This document shows, in pieces, positions 38,247-47,761 of a stretch of DNA of 64,000 nucleotides (position 1 is its first letter; every line of letters begins with the position of its first letter). The stretch lies in IMG/VR virus record IMGVR_UViG_3300020202_000001, positions 1 through 64,000 of that record; one strand, 5' to 3'. The notes beneath the pieces were generated by a model. It made no database searches. It was not told where the DNA came from and worked only from the letters and a program-made list of their open reading frames with translations. The position numbers were made by a program, and so were the translations under genes.

Positions 38247-39783
38247 ACAGGCCATCATCTCTGCGGCCAAGGAGGCCGTCGACCTGGTCGACGGCGGGGG
38301 CATGTCCCCCAACGCCGCCGTGGAGAAGATCGCGCGCCGCGAGAAGCTGGGGTCGCACAAGATCCGGTTCCTCGCCCACGCGTACAACACCGGCCGCCAG
38401 ACCGCCCAGCGGGAGGGGGCCGACACCGCGCTCGCGAAGTTCGCCGACTTCCCGATCGTCGACCCCGAGCACGTCATCGGGCAGATCTTCCCCGAGACGA
38501 AGGAGGCCGTGCTCAAGCAGGCGTCCGACCTCGGCGTCTCCCTCGACTACCGGCAGCCGCCGCAGTGGACGAGCCTCCGCGCCCACCAGCAGGAGCAGGG
38601 CCGGCTGAAGGCCGCCCGCGAGAAGCACGCGGCCGAGAACCCGCCCGCCCCCAAGCCGACCCGCACCGGCGTCGAGTACGTGTACAACACGCACCTGTCG
38701 CTCAAGCGGGCCGCCGAGGAGGCGCGGACCAAGGCCGGGCAGGCGAACGACCGCCTGATCTCGGCGATGGGCCGGCTGGCCGACTACTTCCGCCAGAGCC
38801 CGCAGAGCCGCGAGAAGTTCGCCGCCGCCGAGTTCGCGGCCGTCACCTACCACGGCAACGCCGGCCGGCAGCTGATGGACTTCGTCTACGGCCGGAACAA
38901 GATGAAGGAGGCCCGCGCCGGCGACCGCATGCCGCTCGTGCACGCCGACCCGACCCGCGCGCCGTACAACCTGATCCAGGAGTGCCTGGACCTCGCCCAG
39001 ACCGTCAACACCAAGCGGGCGGCCGAGAAGGCGGCCAACGACGCGCTGGAGGCCCATGCGATCGGCGAGCTGGCCCCGTACGTCGCGTCCCCGAAGATCC
39101 TGAAGCGGGCGACGGACAGCCTGATCCCCGAGAAGGACATCGCCTACTTCGACGCCGACGACGTGCGGGCGTTCCTCCCGCACCGCCTCCGCGCCAAGGA
39201 GGCCGCCGCCCCGGAGAAGCAGGCCGCCGCCCCCGAGGAGGAGTGGTCGCTGCTCGCCGGCGTGGACAAGCAGGCCGCCAACTCGCTCGACTGGGCGAAG
39301 GGAACGGCGGTCGGCATGGGCACCCGGGGGCTCCTGGAGAAGGCGTTCGGGGACCAGGACCCAGCCCCCAAGATCAACAGCACCTACCTCGAACTCGAAG
39401 ACCCGGCGCACGACGCCCAGCTTCGGCAGATCAAGAGCCAGGCCCTCCTGACGGACCTGATGAACGACGACGTGATCGGCGGGTACGACCCCGACGACGT
39501 GGCCAAGGCGTACAACGAGATCTCGCAGATGGCCCCCCGCACGGCTACGCAGCCGATCGCCGTGCGGAGCCTCCTGCGTCACCACCTGCAGTCGAACCTG
39601 GAGCCGCACGAGGCCCAGCAGATGACGTCGATCGAGTCGGGCATCATGGGCACGAACGCCCCGACGCCCGAGTCGCTGCAGCCGATCCCGAAGACCAACG
39701 TGCCCAAGGCCAAGCCGCCGGTGAAGGCGGCCGAGGACCCCTACAGGATCATCCCCGATGACGCCGAACTCTCCATCCTGTGA
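38221..39783 (+). CDS. putative internal head protein
   Basis: AGGAGG SD; ~12 KxA motifs. Confidence 0.6.
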   Translation: MRTLSKEAEQAIISAAKEAVDLVDGGGMSPNAAVEKIARREKLGSHKIRFLAHAYNTGRQTAQREGADTALAKFADFPIVDPEHVIGQIFPETKEAVLKQASDLGVSLDYRQPPQWTSLRAHQQEQGRLKAAREKHAAENPPAPKPTRTGVEYVYNTHLSLKRAAEEARTKAGQANDRLISAMGRLADYFRQSPQSREKFAAAEFAAVTYHGNAGRQLMDFVYGRNKMKEARAGDRMPLVHADPTRAPYNLIQECLDLAQTVNTKRAAEKAANDALEAHAIGELAPYVASPKILKRATDSLIPEKDIAYFDADDVRAFLPHRLRAKEAAAPEKQAAAPEEEWSLLAGVDKQAANSLDWAKGTAVGMGTRGLLEKAFGDQDPAPKINSTYLELEDPAHDAQLRQIKSQALLTDLMNDDVIGGYDPDDVAKAYNEISQMAPRTATQPIAVRSLLRHHLQSNLEPHEAQQMTSIESGIMGTNAPTPESLQPIPKTNVPKAKPPVKAAEDPYRIIPDDAELSIL

Positions 39784-41347
39784 CCTGACCGCCGTGACCG
39801 TGAAGCAGGCGGCCGCCGCCCTGGCGTGCCGCGCGCTGGCGGTCCGCGGCGGCAGCCCGACCGTCGAGAAGGTCGCGTTCGAGAAGGCCGCGGAGGGCTT
39901 CCTCGGCGCGCTGGCCGGCAAGTACGCCCCCGGCGCGCTAAAGACGGTCTCGGACGGGGTGACCGGGGCGGCCAACAAGGTCGGCCTCGGCGGAGCCCTG
40001 GCGTCGACCAAGGGCATCTGGGACAGCCTCGGCTCGACCGCGCAGTCCGGCATCCAGGGCGGCCTGCTCGGCGGCCTGGGCGGGGCGGCGCTGGGCGGGC
40101 TGACCGAGGACGAGGAGGGCGAGAGCCACCCGTGGTCCGGTGCCCTGCGGGGCGCGCTGGTCGGCGGGGCCATGGGTGCCGGCGGCCAGGCGGCCTACAA
40201 CCACTTCAGCCGCGTCGGCGAGCCCGCCACGCTCAAGATCCCCGGCAAGCCCAAGGGCAGCCCGCTGGACGCCGTCCCCCGCGGTGCCGGCGGCAAGCCC
40301 GGCGAGAAGCCCGGCGTGCTCAGCCCCGAGACGTGGCGGTCGAACTACCGCCGGTCGGGCGTGTCGGTGCCCGAGGGCAACCCGGACAACGCCGCCCTCG
40401 CGGAGCTGACGCGGAAGAAGACCGAGTTCCAGGCGGCGAACCCGGGCCAGGACTTCGAGGTCCCCGGCGGCCTGGGGCTCGTGCCGGAGCAGTCGGCGCT
40501 CCGCGACCGCAACGGGCTGCTGAACCGGGCGATCGAGGCCGGCGGCAACGCCTACGACGCCCCACACAGCACGCTCCCCTACGCCGCCGCCGGCGTCGCC
40601 CCCGGCCTCGCGTACGAGGGGCAGATCCTCGCCCGCCGCGCCCACGCCGCCCGGGGCTCGGCCGCCCTGCAGGGCGTGTTCGACGCCGCCAAGGGCGACC
40701 CGCTCAAGACGGTCGGGCTGACGCCCGCCCAGGCCCAGGCGATGCACGGGGCCAGCCCGGCCACCCGCCAGGCGCTGCAGGCGGCGATGGCGAACAACGG
40801 GGCCGTGTCCCCCGCCCTGCTGGCCCGGGTGCCCGAGGGCGAGCGGGGCCTCCTCCGGGGCGTCGTCGACCGCAACGGCTCCCGCGCCCTCGCCCCGGCC
40901 GCGAGCAAGGTCCAAGGCGCGCGGGTGGCGGCCGGCAACGCCGTGACCGGCACGCAGAACGCGGCGACCTGGGTGGCGAACAAGGTGTGGCGGAACTCGG
41001 CCAACCCGATGCACGCCCCGCACGCCGTGCCCCCGCAGCAGCCGATGCGGCCGCTGACGGCCGCCCCGCGGATGTCGATGCCCAGCGGGTACACGCCACT
41101 GGCGGCGACGGCCAAGCCGCAGTACGGCGGGCTGACCGGCAACAACCTGCCCGGGGCGGTCGCGGCGAGCCGCGCCGGCCTGCGGGCGGACGCGCGGAAG
41201 AGCATCACCGGCAGCAAGGGCGGCCGGGCGTTGGCGTGGGGCGGTCCGCTGCTGATCGCCGCCCAGCAGTACGCCCAGAACAACAGCGGCCTGAACCCCG
41301 ACGAGGCAGCCCGCCTCCAGCAGATCGACGGTCTGCTGGGCAACTGA
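39758..41347 (+). CDS. Gly/Ala-rich putative virion protein with glycine-zipper segments
   Basis: GGLLGGLGGAALGG, GALVGGAMGAGG; N-terminal KQA/KVA/KAA. Confidence 0.6.
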   Translation: MTPNSPSCDLTAVTVKQAAAALACRALAVRGGSPTVEKVAFEKAAEGFLGALAGKYAPGALKTVSDGVTGAANKVGLGGALASTKGIWDSLGSTAQSGIQGGLLGGLGGAALGGLTEDEEGESHPWSGALRGALVGGAMGAGGQAAYNHFSRVGEPATLKIPGKPKGSPLDAVPRGAGGKPGEKPGVLSPETWRSNYRRSGVSVPEGNPDNAALAELTRKKTEFQAANPGQDFEVPGGLGLVPEQSALRDRNGLLNRAIEAGGNAYDAPHSTLPYAAAGVAPGLAYEGQILARRAHAARGSAALQGVFDAAKGDPLKTVGLTPAQAQAMHGASPATRQALQAAMANNGAVSPALLARVPEGERGLLRGVVDRNGSRALAPAASKVQGARVAAGNAVTGTQNAATWVANKVWRNSANPMHAPHAVPPQQPMRPLTAAPRMSMPSGYTPLAATAKPQYGGLTGNNLPGAVAASRAGLRADARKSITGSKGGRALAWGGPLLIAAQQYAQNNSGLNPDEAARLQQIDGLLGN

Positions 41348-41360
41348 GGAGCATCCCGCC

Positions 41361-42854
41361 ATGGCAATGACGAAGATCATCGACCCGCGTGGCTGGGACT
41401 TCGACCGTCCCGTCGCGATGATGGTGAAGGTGTCGAGCCGGGGCCTGATCGGCTCCGACCGCCGCGACTTCATCAAGGTCGCCGGCCACCAGTTCCTCGA
41501 CGCGATCGACGGGCTGAAGGTCGCGAAGGATGAGGTGCCGATCCACCTCGTCGCCCTCGGCGCGTCCGAGTATTACGGCCCGAACCGCAACGGCGACGGG
41601 TTCAAGGCCGCCACCTGCAAGGAGCACCACAAGACGTTCGAGAAGTACGCCAAGTGGTTCCGCAACCACAAGAACAAGCTGTCGAACAACGACCCGTTCT
41701 ACGGGTACGTGAAGCAGTCGGCGTACAACGACGCGATGCACCGGGTCGAGCTGCTCGCGATGCTCAACGCCTCGAAGGAGGCGGCCGAGCGGAACGGCGG
41801 GTTCGTCGCCGACAAGGAGCTGGAGAAGCTCGCCAAGGACGAGGACATCCCCGTCTCGATGGCGTGCCGCGTCCCGTTCGACATCTGCAGCGGGTGCCAG
41901 AAGCAGGCCCGCACCCGGAACGAATACTGCACGAAGGGGACGTGCAAGTACGGCGGGTGCAAGGACAACCTCACGAAGATCGCCGAGGACGGGCACATCC
42001 TCCACGTCGACAACCCGAACCCGGTCTGGTTCGACATCAGCAACGTCTACCGCCCGGCCGACCGGATCGCGTACGGTGCCCGCGCCGACTGGCTGGCCAA
42101 GGCCGCGAGCCACCAGTTCACGCCCGGGGCCGAGATGGCCGAGATGCTCGGCGTCACCGCCCCGCTGGGCGTGTGCATCGGGCAGAACGACGCCGCCTAC
42201 TGGGGCGAGCACGTCGCCGGCCAGATCAAGCTGGCCCAGGCCCTCGCCGCGATCGAGCACGCCCCGCTCGCCGGCACCGGGCTCGACCCCCGGTGGTGCG
42301 ACGGCCGCGTCATGGGCAGCCTGAGCGACGCCCAGCTCGCGCTGATCGGCCCCGCCGGCAGCGAGAAGGCGGCCGCCGCCCTCGCCGCCCTGGCCGACCA
42401 CAAGATCATCCTGCCGCTGGCGGACTTCGCCCGGTGGCGGGGGAAGGCCGCCGCCGCCGACGCGGCCGCGGAGCTGCTGACGGGCGTCTTCGGCCGGCTG
42501 GCCGAGTCGGACGACCTGGGCGAGCGGCTGACCCACAACCTGTTCGAGGTCGGACACGCGAAGACGGCCTCCGTCGCAGTGCGGGGGCTGGCGAGCAACC
42601 TGGTGCCGGCGTTCTCCTTCGAGAAGGCCGCCGCCCAGGACCGGGCGATGCGGAGCGCGGTGCGTCACCGCGATGTGCCGGTTCTCAAAACCGGTTTTTG
42701 GAACGAGAAGCAGGCGGCGGATCACCCCGACGCTGCCTCCCTTGCCGACGAGTACGCGGTCTACAAGCTGGCCGCCCTCTACCGGATCGCCTCGAACGAC
42801 GGGGACTTCAATTTGACAGCGCGCCTTGCGGTCGGGCAGAATAGGGTCTGGTAA
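41361..42854 (+). CDS. prohead maturation protease (assemblin/HK97-type fold with Cys-rich insertion)
   Basis: GPNRNGDGF, FRNHKNK, VSMAC...DICSGC...C...C; just upstream of scaffold and capsid genes. Confidence 0.7.
   Translation: MAMTKIIDPRGWDFDRPVAMMVKVSSRGLIGSDRRDFIKVAGHQFLDAIDGLKVAKDEVPIHLVALGASEYYGPNRNGDGFKAATCKEHHKTFEKYAKWFRNHKNKLSNNDPFYGYVKQSAYNDAMHRVELLAMLNASKEAAERNGGFVADKELEKLAKDEDIPVSMACRVPFDICSGCQKQARTRNEYCTKGTCKYGGCKDNLTKIAEDGHILHVDNPNPVWFDISNVYRPADRIAYGARADWLAKAASHQFTPGAEMAEMLGVTAPLGVCIGQNDAAYWGEHVAGQIKLAQALAAIEHAPLAGTGLDPRWCDGRVMGSLSDAQLALIGPAGSEKAAAALAALADHKIILPLADFARWRGKAAAADAAAELLTGVFGRLAESDDLGERLTHNLFEVGHAKTASVAVRGLASNLVPAFSFEKAAAQDRAMRSAVRHRDVPVLKTGFWNEKQAADHPDAASLADEYAVYKLAALYRIASNDGDFNLTARLAVGQNRVW
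42682..42703. repeat. dispersed palindromic motif copy 8 (inside protease gene)
   Basis: TTCTCAAAACCGGTTTTTGGAA. Confidence 0.9.
42813..42842 (+). promoter_or_regulatory. internal sigma70-type promoter upstream of scaffold/capsid genes
   Basis: TTGACA-18 bp-CAGAAT. Confidence 0.55.
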
Positions 42855-42912
42855 TTCACCGGGCTTCGGCAAGAGGCCAGACTGCAAGGACGCGGTTCAC
42901 AGGAGACCAAGG

Positions 42913-44223
42913 ATGGCAACCAAGCAAGCATCGGGCCGCCCGGCCTTCGCGACCGTCGAGTCGTTCCTCAGCGAGGTTCGCGGGAACGTCAAGGCGGCCG
43001 AGGCCCACACCGAGCCCGGGAGCATCGGCGGGGCGACGACTCACCCCGTCAAGTCGGTCGACGACAACACCAGCGCCGCCACCGAGGGTGCCCGCTCCGC
43101 CGAGAACACCAAGGACGTGAAGAAGGACCAGGGCTCGCCCTCGGTCGACTCCACGGCCGAGGCGAAGGCGAAGACGGCCGCCCTGAAGCGGGCCGGCGGC
43201 CCGGGCGCGGAGGACCACCTCCAGCTCGGCACCACGGTCGCCGCGACCGGCGAGGACCCCGAGAACGAGACGGGCAAGGCCAAGCCGGGTAAGGACGACC
43301 CGGGCTCCAGCCACCCCGCCCGCACCGACAACGCCTCGCTCGACGGCTTCAAGTACGCCGGCGACCTCCAGAACGCCCCGCTGACCAAGCTGGCCGAGAT
43401 GCTCCAGGACCTGGGCGACGCGATCTGCGCCGACCTGACCGTCCAGGGCGTCGAGGTGAAGCAGGCCGGCGACGGCACCGTCACCCAGGTCGCCCCGGCC
43501 CAGCAGAAGCAGGCCGGTCAGATCGACCCCGCCCTCGCCCAACAGGTCGGCTGGCAGATGGCCGGCATCCTCACGGGCACCCTCGACAAGCAGGCGACCG
43601 ACGCGGTCGTCGTCGAGCAGATCGACACGATCATCAAGTTCGCCGAGGACGACGCCGACCGCACCGCGGCCTGGCTCGGCGACTTCTTCGCCCAGAAGCA
43701 GGCCCAGGCCCGCGCCCAGAAGCGTGCCGAGGCCGGTCTCCCGCCCGAGGCGGCGGCCGGCGGTGGCGGCGGCGGTGAGGACATCGCGGCCGCGCTCGGC
43801 GGCGGCGGTGCCCCCGGCGGCGCTCCCCCGGAGGACCCGGCGGCCGGCGGCGGCCTGCCCCCCGAGGCGGGCGGCGAGGCCGGCGGCGGCGGGCTCCAGG
43901 CCCTGCTCGAACAGCTCGGCATCTCCGAAGAGGAGCTGATGGCCGCGATCCAGGAAGAGGCGGCCGGCGGGGGTGCCCCCGGTGGTCCGCCCGCCCCGGG
44001 CGGCGAGGGTGGCGCTCCGGCCGGTCCGGGCGGGCCGGGCGGCGGTCTGCCGCCCGAGGCTGCCGGGATGCCCCCGGGCGGTGCCGGTGCCGGCATGGAG
44101 GTCGCCGCCGGCGATCGCCGTGGCCGCGCCGCGACCCCGCCCCCGAAGGAGGCCGTCGCCAGCTACGTCCGCGAGGTGGTCTCGCGGAGCCGCGCCCAGA
44201 AGGCTGCCGCCGCCCAGCGGTAA
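42913..44223 (+). CDS. putative scaffolding protein
   Basis: Acidic and low complexity, ~14 KxA motifs, between protease and capsid. Confidence 0.55.
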   Translation: MATKQASGRPAFATVESFLSEVRGNVKAAEAHTEPGSIGGATTHPVKSVDDNTSAATEGARSAENTKDVKKDQGSPSVDSTAEAKAKTAALKRAGGPGAEDHLQLGTTVAATGEDPENETGKAKPGKDDPGSSHPARTDNASLDGFKYAGDLQNAPLTKLAEMLQDLGDAICADLTVQGVEVKQAGDGTVTQVAPAQQKQAGQIDPALAQQVGWQMAGILTGTLDKQATDAVVVEQIDTIIKFAEDDADRTAAWLGDFFAQKQAQARAQKRAEAGLPPEAAAGGGGGGEDIAAALGGGGAPGGAPPEDPAAGGGLPPEAGGEAGGGGLQALLEQLGISEEELMAAIQEEAAGGGAPGGPPAPGGEGGAPAGPGGPGGGLPPEAAGMPPGGAGAGMEVAAGDRRGRAATPPPKEAVASYVREVVSRSRAQKAAAAQR

Positions 44224-44307
44224 CGCGGCCAGTCACGAACGTGTGTCCACTGAACCGGGCGGCATGAGGCCGTCCTCGAAACCCAGAAGATCACGGAGGA
44301 TCACCTT

Positions 44308-44766
44308 ATGTCGACCCCAACGGCCAACATCGACCCGGCCAAGGTGCTCCAGTTCATCACCGTCTCCAGCGTCCTCGGCAAGCGGGCTTGTGACCAGATC
44401 ACCGAGAAGGAGGCCGCCGAGAAGCGTGCCGCCGACCTCGTGCCCGACCTGCTGAAGGTCATGCTGGACGCCGGTGTGATCGGGGAGCACCAGAAGGCCG
44501 CGGCCGAAGCCGCGCTGGGCGACCACGCCCAATCGCTCCACCTGCTCAAGAACGCCGTCACCAAGCTCGCCTCCTTCAAGGGGCAGGGCAAGGTCGCCGG
44601 CGACCGCCTCGGTGCGGGCGTCGATTCGGAGAAGGCCGGCACGGATAGCCAGCCCGCTTCGTACGACTCCCTCCGCTCGCCATTCGTGGGCGCTCGGACC
44701 GGCACCGGCGTGAAGAAGGCGTCGGACCTCGCGTTCGCCGCCGGCCTGGGCGTCAACCTCGGGTAA
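44308..44766 (+). CDS. putative head assembly protein
   Basis: GGAGG SD; KxA motifs. Confidence 0.55.
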   Translation: MSTPTANIDPAKVLQFITVSSVLGKRACDQITEKEAAEKRAADLVPDLLKVMLDAGVIGEHQKAAAEAALGDHAQSLHLLKNAVTKLASFKGQGKVAGDRLGAGVDSEKAGTDSQPASYDSLRSPFVGARTGTGVKKASDLAFAAGLGVNLG

Positions 44767-44858
44767 GCACCCGGGGGCGGCGACGCCCAACTGTGTCTCT
44801 TTCAACCTGAACGGATTCGCTGGGCCAGCCATGGCCCTTGTCACGGAGGACAATCACA

Positions 44859-45401
44859 ATGGCAGCTCCTCGCCAGATGACGGCCGAGACCCTGAACGCC
44901 CTCAAGGGCTGGCCGCAGATGAACGCGGTGGACTTCGAGGCCAAGCTGGACGCGTCGGTTTCGACGCGCCTCCCGCCCGGCAGCGTCGTGCACGTCAGCG
45001 CTTCCAAGACCTTCCTGCCGGGCGTCGGCAACGTCGCCCGCATGCCCCTCTACACGTTCCAGGCCAGCGACGACCCGGACGTGAAGAACGAGGGCGGCGA
45101 CCCCGCGACCGACAAGGGCGCGTGGATCGGCATCAACCCGACCGGCGTGATGATGGCCCTCGTGGCCATCGGTTCGTACGAGCTGGTCTCGACGAACTAC
45201 AACTCGGCCGTGTCGTACGCCCCGAACGACTTCCTGACCTCGCCGACCGTGGCGGGCGGCGGCGTGAACGCCGGCCAGCTCACCAAGGGCACGATCAAGA
45301 CGAACTGCCTGTGCGGCGTCGTCTCGCGCGGCGTGGTCGACAACGGGTACGGCGAGGACGCGCTGGCGTTCTGGGCGTACTACCTGCCCCCGATCGCGTA
45401 A
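44859..45401 (+). CDS. putative capsid decoration/cement protein
   Basis: beta-rich 180 aa directly upstream of the MCP. Confidence 0.5.
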   Translation: MAAPRQMTAETLNALKGWPQMNAVDFEAKLDASVSTRLPPGSVVHVSASKTFLPGVGNVARMPLYTFQASDDPDVKNEGGDPATDKGAWIGINPTGVMMALVAIGSYELVSTNYNSAVSYAPNDFLTSPTVAGGGVNAGQLTKGTIKTNCLCGVVSRGVVDNGYGEDALAFWAYYLPPIA

Positions 45402-45523
45402 GCACCGGGAGCAGTCGCAGCAGTGTTCTTTTGAGTCACCGTAGGCCGGTTACGCCTCAGGGATGAGGCGAGGCCTGCGGGAGACGGATCGACAACCACG
45501 ACAACGATCACGGAGGATCGACC

Positions 45524-46468
45524 ATGCCCGCAGGCATCACCACCCAGGAAGAGAGCCGCCTCCTCAACGAGGCCCTGTTCGAGAAGCTCTCCAGCCACGA
45601 CCCCTCGCTCGAAAAGCAGGCCGTGGACGCGGTGAACGACTTCACCCGCACGAAGATGCGCGAAGACGGCTTTTACCGGCGGATCATGCCGCCGCTGCCG
45701 ATCAGCAACGACGAGCTGGACCGCCAGGTCGACACCGACAAGCCGGTCAAGGTCGTCGACAAGGAACCGGACAGCCCGGCCGCGATCAGCATCCCGTTCG
45801 CGACGCTGCCGCAGAACCTGTACATCCGCGGCCCGCGCTACCGCGTGATGTTCGACCGCATCGTGACGCCCCGCTTCACCAAGGACGTCGACGAGCTGCG
45901 GACCTGGATCATGGACATCCGACAGGTGCTGTCGGACAACGCGATCAAGGACATGCTGGCGGAGGAGGACGGCAAGTTCGTCCGCGCCGTCAACACCGCG
46001 ATGGTCGGCGCGGGCCTGGTCGTCCCGACCAGCGGCGTCGTCCAGCACGAGGTCATCAGCGGCGGGATCACTCGCGACACCCTCTGGGACGCGATGAAGA
46101 TCATGCCGAACACCCCGTCGAACCTGGAGGTCCACACGATCCTGGTGAACCACATCACGATCAAGGAGATCTGCAAGTTCGGCCGCAACGAGATGGGCGG
46201 CGACCTGTCGCAGGACATCATGCGGAACGGGTGGACGCAGACGGAGTTCATGGGCAAGACCTGGATCATCACGATCAAGAAGGGTCTCGTGCCGACGAAC
46301 ACGATGTACATGTTCAGCGACCCGAAGTTCATCGGGAAGTCGTACGTGCTCGAAGACACGACGATGTACATCCGGCGCGAGGCGTTCATGCTGGAGTTCT
46401 TCGCGTACGAGACGATGGGTGGCTCGATCGGCCACACCAGCGGCCTCGCCCGCGTCGACTACCAGTGA
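45524..46468 (+). CDS. major capsid protein (HK97-like, inferred)
   Basis: Position after protease/scaffold; RTKMREDGFYRRIMPP, backbone-helix-like IKDMLAEEDGKFV; 314 aa. Confidence 0.7.
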   Translation: MPAGITTQEESRLLNEALFEKLSSHDPSLEKQAVDAVNDFTRTKMREDGFYRRIMPPLPISNDELDRQVDTDKPVKVVDKEPDSPAAISIPFATLPQNLYIRGPRYRVMFDRIVTPRFTKDVDELRTWIMDIRQVLSDNAIKDMLAEEDGKFVRAVNTAMVGAGLVVPTSGVVQHEVISGGITRDTLWDAMKIMPNTPSNLEVHTILVNHITIKEICKFGRNEMGGDLSQDIMRNGWTQTEFMGKTWIITIKKGLVPTNTMYMFSDPKFIGKSYVLEDTTMYIRREAFMLEFFAYETMGGSIGHTSGLARVDYQ

Positions 46469-46581
46469 TCGGGTGGTCAGCCCAGTAACGGGTGAACAAG
46501 CGGGTTGCCCCGGCCGGACATTGAGCCGGCCGGGGCCGCCCCAGTGAACGGACAACCACTCAACCACGCGAGGTAACAACC

Positions 46582-47019
46582 GTGAACGGACAAGCACAAG
46601 CGGGCGCGCTGCCCGACCCCAAGACGGCCTACGACACGCTCTTCCAGAACGTCCACGCCCGCGCCTTCTTCGGCCGGCTGGCCCAGCACGGGTTCACGCC
46701 CGCGTCTGAGAAGCAGGCCCAGGAGTACCTGGACCTCGCCGGCAAGCTCCGCGTGGTCGAGCAGGACCCGCGCGTCAAGGCCGCCAACGATGCGAACGAC
46801 CCGATCGCCGAGGCGAACGCCGCCCTCTCGAACGTCATGGCCCGCCACGGGCTCGACGGCGGGATCAAGGCCGCCGCCGCCAACGACGCCCAGGTCGCCC
46901 GCCGGCAGGCCGCCATCCAGCTCGCCCAGGACCCGAGCATCTACAACTCGGCCCTGAGCCTGAAGGCGGCGGAGGCGTCGCAGCTCGCGGCGCAGATCGG
47001 GTACGGGCAGAACGCCTAA
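46582..47019 (+). CDS. putative head protein
   Basis: KTA/KQA/KAA motifs. Confidence 0.55.
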   Translation: MNGQAQAGALPDPKTAYDTLFQNVHARAFFGRLAQHGFTPASEKQAQEYLDLAGKLRVVEQDPRVKAANDANDPIAEANAALSNVMARHGLDGGIKAAAANDAQVARRQAAIQLAQDPSIYNSALSLKAAEASQLAAQIGYGQNA

Positions 47020-47090
47020 CGCAGGGCCGCTGCTCGGCGGCACCCGTGTGGCGTCCACGCTCGAAGTCACTTTGAACAAGGACAACGACC

Positions 47091-47462
47091 ATGAGCAGGA
47101 CCGGACATTTCGACAAGAACTGCCTCTACTCGACGATCAAGAACGTCTCGGGTAAGAAGATGCGGTTCGGGTTCCTTCCGCCGCACGGCGTCGAGCTGGC
47201 CAACAACCAGGTCTTCACCGTGTTCGGCAACATCATCGAGGCCGTGGGCCGGGGCGACCGCGTCACCGACAAGCGGCAGTACCAGGCCCTCGCCGACGCG
47301 CTCGACCGGGGCGACATCGAGATCCTGACGACCCCGTCGCCGATCCTCCAGGACGCGACGACCGGGGCCAACAAGATGCTCCGGCTGAACAACGGTACCC
47401 TCAGCGCGGTCGACCCGTGCTGGCGGACCTCGGACAGCCTGGACTACGCCGTCGCGGCCTAA
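47091..47462 (+). CDS. hypothetical protein
   Basis: High-GC3 ORF. Confidence 0.55.
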   Translation: MSRTGHFDKNCLYSTIKNVSGKKMRFGFLPPHGVELANNQVFTVFGNIIEAVGRGDRVTDKRQYQALADALDRGDIEILTTPSPILQDATTGANKMLRLNNGTLSAVDPCWRTSDSLDYAVAA

Positions 47463-47514
47463 CGGCTGCAGCGGGGGAAGCCGGAGGCTTCCCACATCGC
47501 ACGGAGGCGAACGG

Positions 47515-47548
47515 AGCGGCTCACCCTCGGGTGGGCCGCTTCTGTTTT
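47515..47548 (+). terminator. intrinsic terminator
   Basis: AGCGGCTCACC/GGTGGGCCGCT stem + TCTGTTTT. Confidence 0.7.
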
Positions 47549-47575
47549 GTCCCCCGATCGGGTATCGTCCCGGGC

Positions 47576-47761
47576 ATGGCCGAGCAGATCCAAAAGCCGG
47601 TTTTGAGATTCGGGGTCCGCCGCCGGATGGTGTTCCTGCGGCGGCAGAAGCGGGCGGGCCTGATCTACTGCCCGCCGCCGCCGAAGAGCCTGGAGGAGGC
47701 GCTGGCCCGGGCCGGGATCTCATCGCAGGAGCTGGCGGCCGAACTGGAGGCCGCACGATGA
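47576..47761 (+). CDS. small hypothetical protein
   Basis: MAEQIQKPVLRF..., coupled to the next gene. Confidence 0.45.
   Translation: MAEQIQKPVLRFGVRRRMVFLRRQKRAGLIYCPPPPKSLEEALARAGISSQELAAELEAAR
47587..47609. repeat. dispersed palindromic motif copy 9
   Basis: GATCCAAAAGCCGGTTTTGAGAT. Confidence 0.85.
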
